From Nitrososphaerota archaeon (GTDB lineage Archaea; Thermoproteota; Nitrososphaeria_A; Caldarchaeales; Calditenuaceae): a stretch of DNA of 64,000 nt. Positions 26,722 to 36,504 of this stretch are shown here, one piece after another. The position numbers were made by a program, and so were the translations under genes. The stretch spans positions 1 through 64,000 of the forward strand of contig JAVQSZ010000001.1 of NCBI GenBank assembly GCA_033581555.1, in the 5' to 3' direction. A model generated the notes under the pieces. The model saw only the letters and a list, made by a program, of their open reading frames with translations, was not told the DNA's origin and made no database searches. Positions within the stretch are counted from its first letter, which is position 1. Each line of letters begins with the position of its first letter.

Positions 26722-28194
26722 ATGTCCGACAGGGTCTACGACGAGCTGATCGACCTCTCCCTGCGGAGGGGCTTCTTCTTCCCCTCATGCGAGATCTACG
26801 ACGACGCCCCTGCAGGCTTCTGGGACTACGGCCCGCTCGGGTTAGGGCTGAGGAACAGGTTCGTCGAGGCCTGGAGGCGGTACGTCGTCAGGTACGACGG
26901 CATGGTAGAGCTCGACGGCTCCGTGATCATGGCTAAGAGGGTCTTCGTCGCCTCGGGGCACCTCGCGTCCTTCGCGGACCCGGTCACCAAGTGCAGGTCC
27001 TGCGGCGCGATCTACAGGGCCGACAGGCTGGTCCAGGAGGCAACCGGGAAGATAGTTCCGGAGAGGCTCAGGGACGAGGAGATCTACGCGCTCATCCTCG
27101 AGCACGGGATCAGGTGCCAGAGGTGCGGCGGCGAGCTCAGCGGTGTCGAGAGGTTCAACATGATGTTTGGGGTCAGCGTCGGGGGCGAGGGCGAGGAGGC
27201 CTACCTGAGGCCCGAGACCTGTCAGTCCCTATTCGTCGACTTCATCAGGACCTACAAGACAGGCTGGTCGAGGCTCCCGCTGCCCCTCTGCCAGTTCGGG
27301 AAGAGCTTCAGGAACGAGATCGCTCCAAGGCAGAGCCTCCTGAGGCTCAGGGAGTTCTACCAGGCCGAGGTCGAGGTCTTCTTCGATCCCGAGGACGAGG
27401 TCGATCCGGTCAGGTGGAGGAGGTTGAAGGACTACGTCCTGAGGTTCGGGGACGAACACGGGAACTTCACCGAGGTCACCGCCGAGGATGCGCTGAGGAG
27501 GGGGATCGTATCCCATTGGCTACCCGCCTATTACCTCGCCCTGATCCAGAGGTTCTACGAGGTCCTGGGCGTTGAGAGGTCGAGGATAAGGCTCAGGAGG
27601 CTCGGCGAGGACGAGAAGGCCTTCTACGCGAGGGAGGCCTGGGACCTCGAGGTCTTGACCTCGCTGGGTTGGATCGAGCTGGTCGCGTGCAACTACAGGG
27701 GCGACTACGACCTCTCGGGACACATGAAGGTCAGCGGGAAGGACCTCACGGTCCTGAACCGGAACAGGAAGGTCCTGCCGCACGTCTTCGAGCTCTCGAT
27801 GGGCGTCGACAGGAGCGTCTACGTCTTGATGGAGCTCGGGTACGCGAAGGAGCCCAAGAGGAGGGTCCTGAGGGTGCCCAAGTTCCTCGCGCCGGTCCAG
27901 GTCGCGGTCCTCCCGCTCGTAGAGAGGGACGGCCTCCCCGAGAGGGCCTGGGAGATCTACGAGGGCCTCAGGGTCGACTTCGACGCTGTCTACGAGCCGA
28001 AGGACGCGATCGGGAAGAGGTACCACATGCTCGACGAGATCGGCGTCCCCTACTGCGTCACGGTCGACTACCAGACCCTCGAGGACGACACGGTCACGGT
28101 CAGGGACAGGGACACGACGCAGCAGGTGAGGGTCCGTGTCTCAGAGCTGAAGGAATGGCTGAGCAGGGCACTAGCTTACCCGAGGGTCGATTGA
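26722..28194 (+). CDS. glyS: Glycine--tRNA ligase (class II, homodimeric type)
   Basis: DYGPLG, SGH, YLRPETCQ, FRNEIAPRQ.LLRLREF.QAE, IGKRY..DEIGVP. Confidence 0.96.
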   Translation: MSDRVYDELIDLSLRRGFFFPSCEIYDDAPAGFWDYGPLGLGLRNRFVEAWRRYVVRYDGMVELDGSVIMAKRVFVASGHLASFADPVTKCRSCGAIYRADRLVQEATGKIVPERLRDEEIYALILEHGIRCQRCGGELSGVERFNMMFGVSVGGEGEEAYLRPETCQSLFVDFIRTYKTGWSRLPLPLCQFGKSFRNEIAPRQSLLRLREFYQAEVEVFFDPEDEVDPVRWRRLKDYVLRFGDEHGNFTEVTAEDALRRGIVSHWLPAYYLALIQRFYEVLGVERSRIRLRRLGEDEKAFYAREAWDLEVLTSLGWIELVACNYRGDYDLSGHMKVSGKDLTVLNRNRKVLPHVFELSMGVDRSVYVLMELGYAKEPKRRVLRVPKFLAPVQVAVLPLVERDGLPERAWEIYEGLRVDFDAVYEPKDAIGKRYHMLDEIGVPYCVTVDYQTLEDDTVTVRDRDTTQQVRVRVSELKEWLSRALAYPRVD

Positions 28195-28264
28195 GGGGCC
28201 GCAGCGTCTCGCCGGTAACGCCTATAGGAGCGGGGAACGCTCTGCAGATCTCTGGGGTGGGAGA

Positions 28265-28738
28265 ATGAGGCAGAGGGTCAGGCTCACCTGCGCGCTGGTC
28301 GACAGGCCCGGGACGCTCCTGAAGGTCCTCGAGCAGATAGCCCTCGCGGGCGGCAACATCATCTCGATCGTCCACAACAGGGAGAGCATAACCTCTGGGT
28401 ACGTGCCCGTCAGCATCAACGTCGAGTTCCCCGACGCCCAGAGCCTCGAGAGGGCTAGGAGGGGGATCGAGGGGGTCGGGGTCCCCGTGATGGGCGCGGA
28501 GAGCCTCGAGAGGCGGATGGTGACCGCAATCGTCGTCGGGGGCGTTAGGCTAGACTCTCTCCTCTCCGAGCTCGAGTCGAGGGGCTACAGGGTCATCGAG
28601 TCGTCCGCGAGGGGCTTCGGCGAGGGTCTCACCGTCAGGCTGCTCCTGGAGGTCCCAACGGGGAGGGTGAGGGAGCTGGAGGAGGACCTTCAGGCGATCG
28701 CGGAGATGCACGGGGCTCTCGCGATCCCGGAGGTGTGA
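28265..28738 (+). CDS. ACT-domain protein (probable allosteric partner of homoserine dehydrogenase)
   Basis: L.DRPG.L...GGNIISIVH; immediately upstream of hom. Confidence 0.85.
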   Translation: MRQRVRLTCALVDRPGTLLKVLEQIALAGGNIISIVHNRESITSGYVPVSINVEFPDAQSLERARRGIEGVGVPVMGAESLERRMVTAIVVGGVRLDSLLSELESRGYRVIESSARGFGEGLTVRLLLEVPTGRVRELEEDLQAIAEMHGALAIPEV

Positions 28739-28742
28739 GGCG

Positions 28743-29729
28743 CTGGGCCTGAGGGTCTTCGTCAACGGCTACGGGTTCCTGGGGAGGCTGCTCGCTACGA
28801 GCTTGACCGAGGGCAGGGTCCCGGGAGCGAGGCTCGTCGGGGTGGCGAGGTCGTCGGGCTACCTTTACAGAGAGGAGGGACTGACCCGGGATGAGATCGC
28901 GGGGGAGGTCCGGGACTCAGCGGCCTTCGTCAGGGGGAGCTCGACCTCGCTGATCAGGGAGCGGGCCTTCGACGTCCTGGTGGAGCTGACGCCGACCAAC
29001 CTCCCCAGCGCGGAACCGGGCCTCAGCAACATCAGGTCGGCCCTGGAGAACGGGATCGACGTCGTCACGGCCAACAAGGCGCCGATCGCGCTCCACTACG
29101 CCGAGCTGGCGGAGCTCTCGAGGTCGACGGGCTCGCTCCTGCTCTTCGACGCGACCGTGGGAGGGGGAATACCGCTGATAACGCTAAGGAGGCTCTGCAC
29201 GCGCGGCGACGACCTCCTCTCGATCAAGGGGATCCTGAACGGGACCACCAATTACATCCTCAGCAGGATGCAGTTCGAGGGTCTGACCTTCGAGCTGGCG
29301 CTCAGGGAGGCCCAGAACCTCGGGATCGCGGAGAGGGACCCCTCGCTGGACGTCAACGGCTACGACACCGCCCTGAAGCTCTTGATCCTGGCGAACTCCC
29401 TGATGGGGTTGAACAAGGGCCTCAGCGACGTCAAGGTCGTAGGGATCTCCAAGGTCACGCAGGAGGCGGTCGCGGCAGCCAAGGAGTCCAACATGTCGGT
29501 CAAGCTGATCGGGTCCGTCGACGGGGAGGGGAGGCTCTCGGTCGGCCCGAGGCTCGTGAAGGCCAACGACCCCCTCTGCGTCCACGGGATGCTTAACGCG
29601 GTCACGTTCAGGTTCAGTATCGCGGGAGACCTGACGCTGATCGGCCACGGAGCGGGCGAGCCCACCATCGCGGCCCTCCTCAACGACCTCCATCAGGTCG
29701 TCGAGCACCGGCTCAGAGCGAGAGCCTGA
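28743..29729 (+). CDS. hom: Homoserine dehydrogenase (probable CTG start)
   Basis: VVTANK, DATVGGGIP, GILNGTTNYIL, AERDPSLDVNG; in-frame extension to 28743 restores the GYGFLG Rossmann motif. Confidence 0.92.
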   Translation: MGLRVFVNGYGFLGRLLATSLTEGRVPGARLVGVARSSGYLYREEGLTRDEIAGEVRDSAAFVRGSSTSLIRERAFDVLVELTPTNLPSAEPGLSNIRSALENGIDVVTANKAPIALHYAELAELSRSTGSLLLFDATVGGGIPLITLRRLCTRGDDLLSIKGILNGTTNYILSRMQFEGLTFELALREAQNLGIAERDPSLDVNGYDTALKLLILANSLMGLNKGLSDVKVVGISKVTQEAVAAAKESNMSVKLIGSVDGEGRLSVGPRLVKANDPLCVHGMLNAVTFRFSIAGDLTLIGHGAGEPTIAALLNDLHQVVEHRLRARA

Positions 29730-30489
29730 TGGCGATCAGGGCGGCGAAGGTCACGGTCGAGGCCGCGAGGACCGCGAAGTCCCTCCGCGTCGGCCTCAGG
29801 ACGTAGAAGCTGGTCCTCTCCTTGACCGCGCCGTAGCACTTCACCTCGAGGGCCTCGGCCATCTCGAAGGACCTCTTCAGCGCGTTGATCACGACGGGCA
29901 CGAAGGCCCTCACGTAGTTCCTGAACCTCTTGACCGGGTTCCTGGTGGTGTAGTCGACGCCCCGCAGCCTCTGCGAGTCGATCACCTCTTGGATCTCCTC
30001 GAGGAAGAGGGGCGCGAACCTTATCGCGGCGGTCATCGCAAAGGCGTAGTCCTGTGGCATCCTGAGGGACCTGAGGGTGGCAGCCATGGCCTCCGGCGAG
30101 ACGGTCAGGAGGAAGAACGAGAAGGAGACGATCGCCGCGACGAACCTCATCAGCTGGGATGCGTTCAGCAGCGCGAACTCCCTGCTCAGGGGGTTCATGC
30201 CCTGAGTGATGAACCCGAGCGCGTTGAGCAGCACCACGAAGGCCAGGAAGAAAGAGAGCGCCCTGATCGTCCTCAGGAGCCTTCTCGCGGCGCCGATGGC
30301 CCGAAGCGCGAGCGCAACGACGGAGAGGACCGCCGCGGAGACCGAGATGCTGAGGAGGGGAGGCCTGTCGTAGATCAGGGTCGAGGCGAAGAGGTAGACC
30401 GCGATCAGGAGCTTCACCCTCGGGTCCAGTCTGATCAGGGCCGAGTCGACTTCCCTGTACCTCAGGAGGTCAGCCACGTTCACCGACAC
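29713..30489 (-). CDS. ecfT: ECF transporter transmembrane component T
   Basis: LDPRVKL, AIRFAP...QRLRG, AEALEVK. Confidence 0.92.
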   Translation of the reverse strand: MSVNVADLLRYREVDSALIRLDPRVKLLIAVYLFASTLIYDRPPLLSISVSAAVLSVVALALRAIGAARRLLRTIRALSFFLAFVVLLNALGFITQGMNPLSREFALLNASQLMRFVAAIVSFSFFLLTVSPEAMAATLRSLRMPQDYAFAMTAAIRFAPLFLEEIQEVIDSQRLRGVDYTTRNPVKRFRNYVRAFVPVVINALKRSFEMAEALEVKCYGAVKERTSFYVLRPTRRDFAVLAASTVTFAALIAIRLSL

Positions 30490-31300
30490 GGGACTTGCAC
30501 CTCAGGATGCGCGCGACGCTCGAGACCAGCTCGTCGACCCTATGGGTGGTCGGGACGCCCAGGTGGGCTAGACGCCTCGATATCACGACCGACTGGGGAG
30601 GGAGGAGGTTCGCGGCCCTCAGGAGCCCTTCGTCGGAGAGGACCTCGGATGCGGGGCCCGAGGCCAGCACCCTCCCCGAGCTCAGGACGGCCACTCGAGG
30701 ATCCAGCTCGGAGACGAACTCGACGTCGTGGGTCGCTACCACCACTCCCCTTCCCTCTCCCCTGATCGACTCGATCGTCTCGGCGATCGCCTCCCTCCCG
30801 GCCTTGTCCTGGCCCAGCGTCGGCTCGTCGAGGAGGAGGTACTTCGGGTCCCACGCGAGGACGACCGCGATCGCGAGCCTCTTCTTCTGACCGCCGCTCA
30901 GCGAGAAGGGCGACCTGTCCCTGAGGCCACCGAGCCCGAACCTCTCGAGGAGGGACTCGACCCGGCGTTCAGCGTCCCCGATCCCGAAGTTCCTGAGGGC
31001 GTAGTTCATCTCCTCCCAGACGCTCTCGAGGAAGAAGAGGCTGTCGGCTATTTGAGGGACGTAACCGACCGCCCTCGAGACCTCCTTCGTGGGCATCGAG
31101 TGGACGTCCCTGCCGTCGAGGAGGACCTTGCCGCTCCTCGGCTTCAGAAGGCCCACGAGGACCTTCATCAGCGTGGTCTTCCCGGCGCCGTTGCTTCCCA
31201 TCAGGGCCAGCACCTCGCCCCCCCTCACCTGGAGGTTTACGCCGTCCAGGGCCACCTTCCCGCTCGGGTACTCGTACCGAACGTCCACGGCCTCCAGCAT
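30470..31300 (-). CDS. ECF transporter ATPase
   Basis: GSNGAGKT, LSGGQKKR, LLDEPT. Confidence 0.92.
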   Translation of the reverse strand: MLEAVDVRYEYPSGKVALDGVNLQVRGGEVLALMGSNGAGKTTLMKVLVGLLKPRSGKVLLDGRDVHSMPTKEVSRAVGYVPQIADSLFFLESVWEEMNYALRNFGIGDAERRVESLLERFGLGGLRDRSPFSLSGGQKKRLAIAVVLAWDPKYLLLDEPTLGQDKAGREAIAETIESIRGEGRGVVVATHDVEFVSELDPRVAVLSSGRVLASGPASEVLSDEGLLRAANLLPPQSVVISRRLAHLGVPTTHRVDELVSSVARILRCKSRVGERG

Positions 31301-32148
31301 CAGGGATCACCGGAGGAGACCAGCTCGACCAGCTCGCCGGCCGTGAGCGGCACCCTCTCGCACCCGCCCGAGCCGGAGGCCGCGACCGCCCTGTGATAGA
31401 CCTCCGGGACCCTGGGGGGCTTGATCCCGAACTCAGCGCCCGTGTGCCTGAGGAAGAAGTGCTGGGGGCTCCCGTCGAAGGCGATCCTGCCTTCGGAGAA
31501 GACGACGATCCTGTCCACCACCGGGACCAGTAGGTCAAGCCTGTGCTCCGAGACCAGCATCGTCTTCCCTTCGGACCTGCAGTACCCCACCACGAACTCG
31601 AGTATCTCCTGCGCCGAGACCGGGTCGAGCATCGACGTCGGCTCGTCGAGGAGGAGGACCTCTGGCCTCATCGCGATTATCGAGGCGATCGCGAGCCTCT
31701 GCTTCTGGCCTCCTGAGAGCTCCGCGGGATTCTTCTTCCTCAGCTCGGCCATGCCCGTGGCCCTCAAGGCCTCCTCGACCCTCGCGAGCATCTCGTCCCT
31801 GGGCACGCCGAGGTTCTCGAGAGGGAAGGCGACCTCGGCCTCGACCGTCGTCGAGAAGAGCTGCGTCTCTGGGTTCTGGAAGACCATCCCGACCTTCGTC
31901 GCGATCACGTGGACCGGCGTCTCGGCGACGTCGAGGCCGCAGACCCTCACCGAGCCCTGGTAATCGCCCCTATAGAAGTGCGGGATCAGCCCCACGACGG
32001 CCCTCAGTAGGGTCGACTTGCCGGAACCGGTGGGCCCAACGACCAGCACGAGCTCGCCCTCGGAGACCTCGAGGTCCACTCCGTCCAGCGACCAGGCCTC
32101 GGAGCCCTCGTACCTGAACCTGAGTCCCTTCACCTCGATTACCGGCAT
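31300..32148 (-). CDS. ECF transporter ATPase
   Basis: GPTGSGKS, VFQNPETQ, LSGGQKQR; start trimmed to MPVIEV. Confidence 0.92.
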   Translation of the reverse strand: MPVIEVKGLRFRYEGSEAWSLDGVDLEVSEGELVLVVGPTGSGKSTLLRAVVGLIPHFYRGDYQGSVRVCGLDVAETPVHVIATKVGMVFQNPETQLFSTTVEAEVAFPLENLGVPRDEMLARVEEALRATGMAELRKKNPAELSGGQKQRLAIASIIAMRPEVLLLDEPTSMLDPVSAQEILEFVVGYCRSEGKTMLVSEHRLDLLVPVVDRIVVFSEGRIAFDGSPQHFFLRHTGAEFGIKPPRVPEVYHRAVAASGSGGCERVPLTAGELVELVSSGDP

Positions 32149-33182
32149 CACTCCTCCACCGGCGTCGGGTTGTATCCGAGCATCCCCCCGATCAGCTCGA
32201 CGCATCTCCTGAAGGCCTCCTCGAGCCCGACGTTGACCCTCGCCCTCGCAGCGGCCGCGTGTCCCCCTCCAGCACCGCCGTACCTCTCTATCAGCGGGTT
32301 GACCAGGTCCCTCACGACGTTGAAGGAGTAGGTCGAGACGACCTCGGACGCGACCCTGAACGTCAGCTCAGATAGGCCGTCGCGCTCGTCGCCGACGACC
32401 GCTATCCCTGCGCCAGCGGCTAGCAGGACCCTGGCGACCGAGGGCCTGAAGGCGCTGACCCTGGTCAGGGCGATTATCACGTTCTCGCACCTGTAGAGCC
32501 TCGCCCTCTTGATCCCCTTCAACCTCGCGATCCTCTCCGAGTAGTCGGGCGGGACCTCGAGCCTCTCGGCCACCGCGCCCGGCTCCGCGCCGAGCTCGCC
32601 CAGAAGCCCGACCTTCCTGAGGGTCAGCGCGTCAGCGGTCGCGAGCCTCACCGTGTCGTAGTAAGTCCCGAAGTAGAGGGCGGTCGCCTCGTCGGGGCTT
32701 GGATCGTGGCCGGCGAAGACGCAGAGGTCTAGGACGACCTCGGAGCACGACCTGTAGCCCGGGTCTGCGAAGACGTCGGCCGACTCGAAAGGACGCTGGG
32801 GCTGGTGGTGGTCGATCACGGTCAGCCTGCCCGCGGCCCTCGCGAGGGTCTCTCCGAGCTGCGATGGCGACCCCACGTCGACCGCGACGTAGTGGTCCGA
32901 GTCGGGGAGCTCAGCAGTGAGCTCGATCCCGAAGGCCGACGCGAACCTCGCGGCCGAGTCTGAGACCTCTCCCGGGACGTGAACGTGGACCTCCGAGCAC
33001 CCGACCGTCCTCTCGAGGAGCGACTTCAGGGCCATCGAGGAGGCGAGCGAGTCCGGATCGCCCCCAACGTGGGTGAGGACCGTGACCCTCGAGCCCCTCA
33101 GCGACCTGAGCCGTTCCCAGAGCCTCCCGATGAACTCGGGGGACCTGATGAGATCCTCGCGCGCCGCCGACCGGGCGCTCAC
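32148..33182 (-). CDS. DHH/DHHA1 family phosphoesterase
   Basis: H..GDPD, IDHH, GGGHAAAA. Confidence 0.9.
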   Translation of the reverse strand: MSARSAAREDLIRSPEFIGRLWERLRSLRGSRVTVLTHVGGDPDSLASSMALKSLLERTVGCSEVHVHVPGEVSDSAARFASAFGIELTAELPDSDHYVAVDVGSPSQLGETLARAAGRLTVIDHHQPQRPFESADVFADPGYRSCSEVVLDLCVFAGHDPSPDEATALYFGTYYDTVRLATADALTLRKVGLLGELGAEPGAVAERLEVPPDYSERIARLKGIKRARLYRCENVIIALTRVSAFRPSVARVLLAAGAGIAVVGDERDGLSELTFRVASEVVSTYSFNVVRDLVNPLIERYGGAGGGHAAAARARVNVGLEEAFRRCVELIGGMLGYNPTPVEE

Positions 33183-33544
33183 GCCTCCTCTGACCGACCG
33201 GACCCCAGGCTCATCTGTATCTCCTTCTGGAGCGTCGCGATCTGGCTCCTCGTCCTCGCCTCCTGCTTCTCGAGGACCTTGAGCCTCGTGTCGTTGAGGT
33301 CCCTCTTCTCGGAGAGCTCGCTGATCACCTTCTCCTTCGCGGTCTGGATCAGCAGCGGCCCCACCGCCTTGTACACGATCACCGACTCGTCGACTTTCGA
33401 GAGCTCCTCCAGCGCGAGCTTGATCTCCTCCAGCTCCGACTGGATCCTCTGCTTCTCCGAGAGGAGGGCCGCGAGGGTCTGCTGGAGCTGTTGAAGCCTG
33501 GCTAGCTGCTGCTGGACGTTCATCGGCAGCTCGCTTGAAGACAT
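33179..33544 (-). CDS. pfdB: Prefoldin subunit beta
   Basis: Coiled coils flanking the VYKAVGPLL hairpin; start trimmed. Confidence 0.93.
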   Translation of the reverse strand: MSSSELPMNVQQQLARLQQLQQTLAALLSEKQRIQSELEEIKLALEELSKVDESVIVYKAVGPLLIQTAKEKVISELSEKRDLNDTRLKVLEKQEARTRSQIATLQKEIQMSLGSGRSEEA

Positions 33545-33687
33545 CTCGAGCCCACGATCCCCCTCCCCAGTATTAGGGTTTTGCCCAAGACGTGTTCGCG
33601 AGCTTCGACCCGAAGGGCGCACCAGACGTCCACAGGCGATCAACTTCCCGATTGGGCTGCCAACGGTTATGAGGGAGCCGTCGTTCG

Positions 33688-34182
33688 GTGCTAGCGGTGG
33701 ACGCGAGGTCGGAGCTCGAGAGGGCTGAGGGCTTCAAGGGGGTCTTCGCGCTGGTGAAGAGGGTCGTCGAGAGGAGGTTGGGATTGAGGAGGGCGGGGCT
33801 GATGCTGGTGCTGGCCGACGAGCCGGCCTTCGTCCTCGCCTACCACGGCGTCGGGTCGAACTTCATCGTCCTGAACAGGAGGGCGATCACGGCCCTGGTC
33901 GGACAGGGAGCATCCCAGACGGAGGTCAAGTCCTACCTGTTCACGGTCCTCCTCCACGAGTACCTCCACTCCCTCGGTTTCCTCGACGAGTCCGAGACCC
34001 GCAGGCTGGTGGCCGAGATCGTCAGGTCCGAGTTCGGGGAGGACCACCCGGCGTACAGGTTCGCGGCGAGGCCGCTCGGTGAGGAGGAGGCGAGAGCCCT
34101 CGCCGTTCAGGAACGGTCAGGCCATGCGGAGCCCACGATCGTGAGGGAGTTCGACGACGAGAACCTCACCTACGTCGCGTGA
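33688..34182 (+). CDS. Conserved archaeal protein with HExxH (zincin-like) motif
   Basis: RAGLML.L, N.IVLN, LLHEYLHSLG. Confidence 0.78.
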   Translation: MLAVDARSELERAEGFKGVFALVKRVVERRLGLRRAGLMLVLADEPAFVLAYHGVGSNFIVLNRRAITALVGQGASQTEVKSYLFTVLLHEYLHSLGFLDESETRRLVAEIVRSEFGEDHPAYRFAARPLGEEEARALAVQERSGHAEPTIVREFDDENLTYVA

Positions 34183-35488
34183 CCGGGCTCTCGGCCGGAC
34201 CTTTCGTCCTCCCGACCAGACAGTGCGTCCTCGCACCGACCACCTCGACCTCAATCCACTCCCCGAGCAAGGTCCTCCCGTCGGCGTCCGGGATCGCGAT
34301 CGGCCTGTAGTCGAGGTTCCTGGCTATCGGCTCGCCCTTCGGTCCCACCTCATCGACCAACGCAGGCCCCTCCCAGCCGACCATCTCTTCCATCCTCTCC
34401 CTCGAGATCCTCGAGCAGACCTCCGTGATCTCTCTGCTCCTCCTGTTGACGACAGCGTCCGGCAGGGGCCTCAGCCTCGCGGCCTCGGTCTTAGGCCTGG
34501 GGTAGAACCTCGAGATGTTCACGAAGTCGGGCCTCACCTCCTCCATCAGCCTGACCGTCGCCTCGAAGTCCTCCTCGTCCTCGGTCGGGTACCCGACTAT
34601 CACGTCGGTCATCAAGGTCAGGCTCGGGAAGGCCCCTCTGAACGTCCTAACGTAGTGGGTGAAGTCCGCGACTGCGTAGCCGCGCCTCATCTCCCTTAGC
34701 ACGTCGTCGCTCCCGCTTTGGACGCAGAGGTGGAGGAACTTGAAGACGTGGGCGTCCCCGTAGGCCCTTACCAGGTCATCGAGCTCGAGCCTCCTGAAGT
34801 GGAGCGGGTTCATCATCCCGACCCTGATCGCGTAGTCGCCTTCGACCGACGACGTCACGCCCTCCAGCAGCTCCGCGAGGTTCGTCCCGATGTCCCTCCC
34901 GTACGCGGACATGTCCTGCGATGTCAACCAGACCTCCTTAGCGCCGCTCCTGACCGCCCTCTCCACCGCCTCCCTGATCACCGATGGCCTGTAGCTGAAG
35001 AGCGTCCCCCTCGCGACCTTCGTCTGGCAGAAGGTGCAGGAGGAGAGGCAGCCGCTGGCGACTTCGACCACCTCCACCACCGGGTTCGTCCTGACGTGGG
35101 GCAGGACAGGCTTCTCGACCATCCCGTCCTCCAGCACGACCGCCCTCCTCCCAGCGAGGGCCTCCCTGACGACCTCCCCGATCCTGTGGACCGCGTTCGG
35201 GCCGATCATCGAGGCCTTCGGGCTTACCCTCGCGACGGTCTCGGGCTGGGCCTTCGCGAAGCACCCGGCCACGACGAGCGGCTTCCCGGCCCTCGAGAGG
35301 ACGGATATCCGGTGGACCATCCTGTTCGCGGTGGGCGTCTTGACCGTGCAGGTGTTGATCAGGAGGAAGTCGGCCTCCCTCGGGTCCTGGACCTCGACGT
35401 GCCCCTCCTCGCCAAGTATGCCCCTCATGATCTCGGCGTCGTGGAGGTTGGCCGCGCAGCCGTAGCTCTCGACGTAGAACTTTGCCAT
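34166..35488 (-). CDS. tRNA t6A37 methylthiotransferase (archaeal MtaB/CDKAL1-type)
   Basis: YGCAAN, NTCTVK, GCLSSCTFC radical SAM, TRAM C-terminus. Confidence 0.92.
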   Translation of the reverse strand: MAKFYVESYGCAANLHDAEIMRGILGEEGHVEVQDPREADFLLINTCTVKTPTANRMVHRISVLSRAGKPLVVAGCFAKAQPETVARVSPKASMIGPNAVHRIGEVVREALAGRRAVVLEDGMVEKPVLPHVRTNPVVEVVEVASGCLSSCTFCQTKVARGTLFSYRPSVIREAVERAVRSGAKEVWLTSQDMSAYGRDIGTNLAELLEGVTSSVEGDYAIRVGMMNPLHFRRLELDDLVRAYGDAHVFKFLHLCVQSGSDDVLREMRRGYAVADFTHYVRTFRGAFPSLTLMTDVIVGYPTEDEEDFEATVRLMEEVRPDFVNISRFYPRPKTEAARLRPLPDAVVNRRSREITEVCSRISRERMEEMVGWEGPALVDEVGPKGEPIARNLDYRPIAIPDADGRTLLGEWIEVEVVGARTHCLVGRTKGPAESPVTRRR

Positions 35489-35563
35489 TTCTTCCAGCTG
35501 TCCCAGCGGAGGTGAGCCTTAATCCTGTGCCCGCCCTCCCCCTCGGCAACCGAGTGCAGGACG

Positions 35564-36172
35564 TCAGGGCGCGGAGGCGGTGACCACGGCCCTTACCCTC
35601 TCCCTGTCCATCCCTACGAGCTCAGAGAGCTTCTCGATCAGCAGCTCACCCGACATGTGCCCCGACATCTGCCTCCAGAGGTTCCTGAGGCTCTCGTACC
35701 TGCTCCAGGGGTAGAGGATCCAATGAGACGTCTGAAGGACGAAGTAGTCGGGGACGAACTTGGTCCAGGGCTTGATGTGGAGGACAGCGCTCCTGAGCTC
35801 CGCAGGCCTCGAGGACCCGGTGATCAGGGACGTCGCGACCTGCAGGGTCTTGCCCTCGTCGGAGACGTCGTCCACGAGCAGCACCTTCCTGCCGTTCAGG
35901 GAGTCCATTCCTGGCTTGTGGTAGACGACCGGGGCGCTACGCTCCTTCACCCCGACGTAGCTCCTTATGCCCAGAGGAACCACTTCCTCGACGTCCAACA
36001 CGTCCGAGAGCAGGTTCGCGACGAATAGCCCTCCCCTCAGTATCCCGACGATCGCCTCGGGCCGGTAGCCGGACCCGGTGACCTTCGCCGCGAGCTCCTC
36101 GACCTCCTCGACGATGTCGTCCCAACTCAGCAGCAGGAACCTCTCTGTGCCTAGCGCAACCTCCTTCGCCAC
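35564..36172 (-). CDS. Purine phosphoribosyltransferase-like (type I PRTase)
   Basis: ILRGG, LLVDDVSDEGKT, W..YPW; start trimmed to a GTG. Confidence 0.88.
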   Translation of the reverse strand: MAKEVALGTERFLLLSWDDIVEEVEELAAKVTGSGYRPEAIVGILRGGLFVANLLSDVLDVEEVVPLGIRSYVGVKERSAPVVYHKPGMDSLNGRKVLLVDDVSDEGKTLQVATSLITGSSRPAELRSAVLHIKPWTKFVPDYFVLQTSHWILYPWSRYESLRNLWRQMSGHMSGELLIEKLSELVGMDRERVRAVVTASAP

Positions 36173-36443
36173 ACCCGAACCTCTCAGGGGTCCTATATCC
36201 GCCTTAGTTCCCGCTTGACGCATCTAGGTCAACGGCGTGGGCCGTTCCCTAATGAATTGATCCCGTGCACGGTGGTCAGTGAACTGCTCATGTCACTCTA
36301 TTTCCAGTTGATTGATCTAACCGTGACCTATTACCGTCTGTCGTCGCAGAGGGCCTTCGTCAGCGACACGGTTATCACGCGCCGATTTGATCACGGTACT
36401 CTTCTCAACTGATGTGTAGATTTGCATACATCTGTCTAACATT

Positions 36444-36479
36444 TTCTACGTAGAAGTCATATTATTATTCTACGAGAAT
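36444..36479 (+). promoter_or_regulatory. Paired palindromic operator flanking an AT-rich promoter of the sulfur-reductase operon
   Basis: TTCTACGTAGAA (36444-36455) and ATTCTACGAGAAT (36467-36479) either side of ATATTATTA. Confidence 0.6.
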
Positions 36480-36504
36480 CAATTATCTAACGAGGGTGGA
36501 TCGA

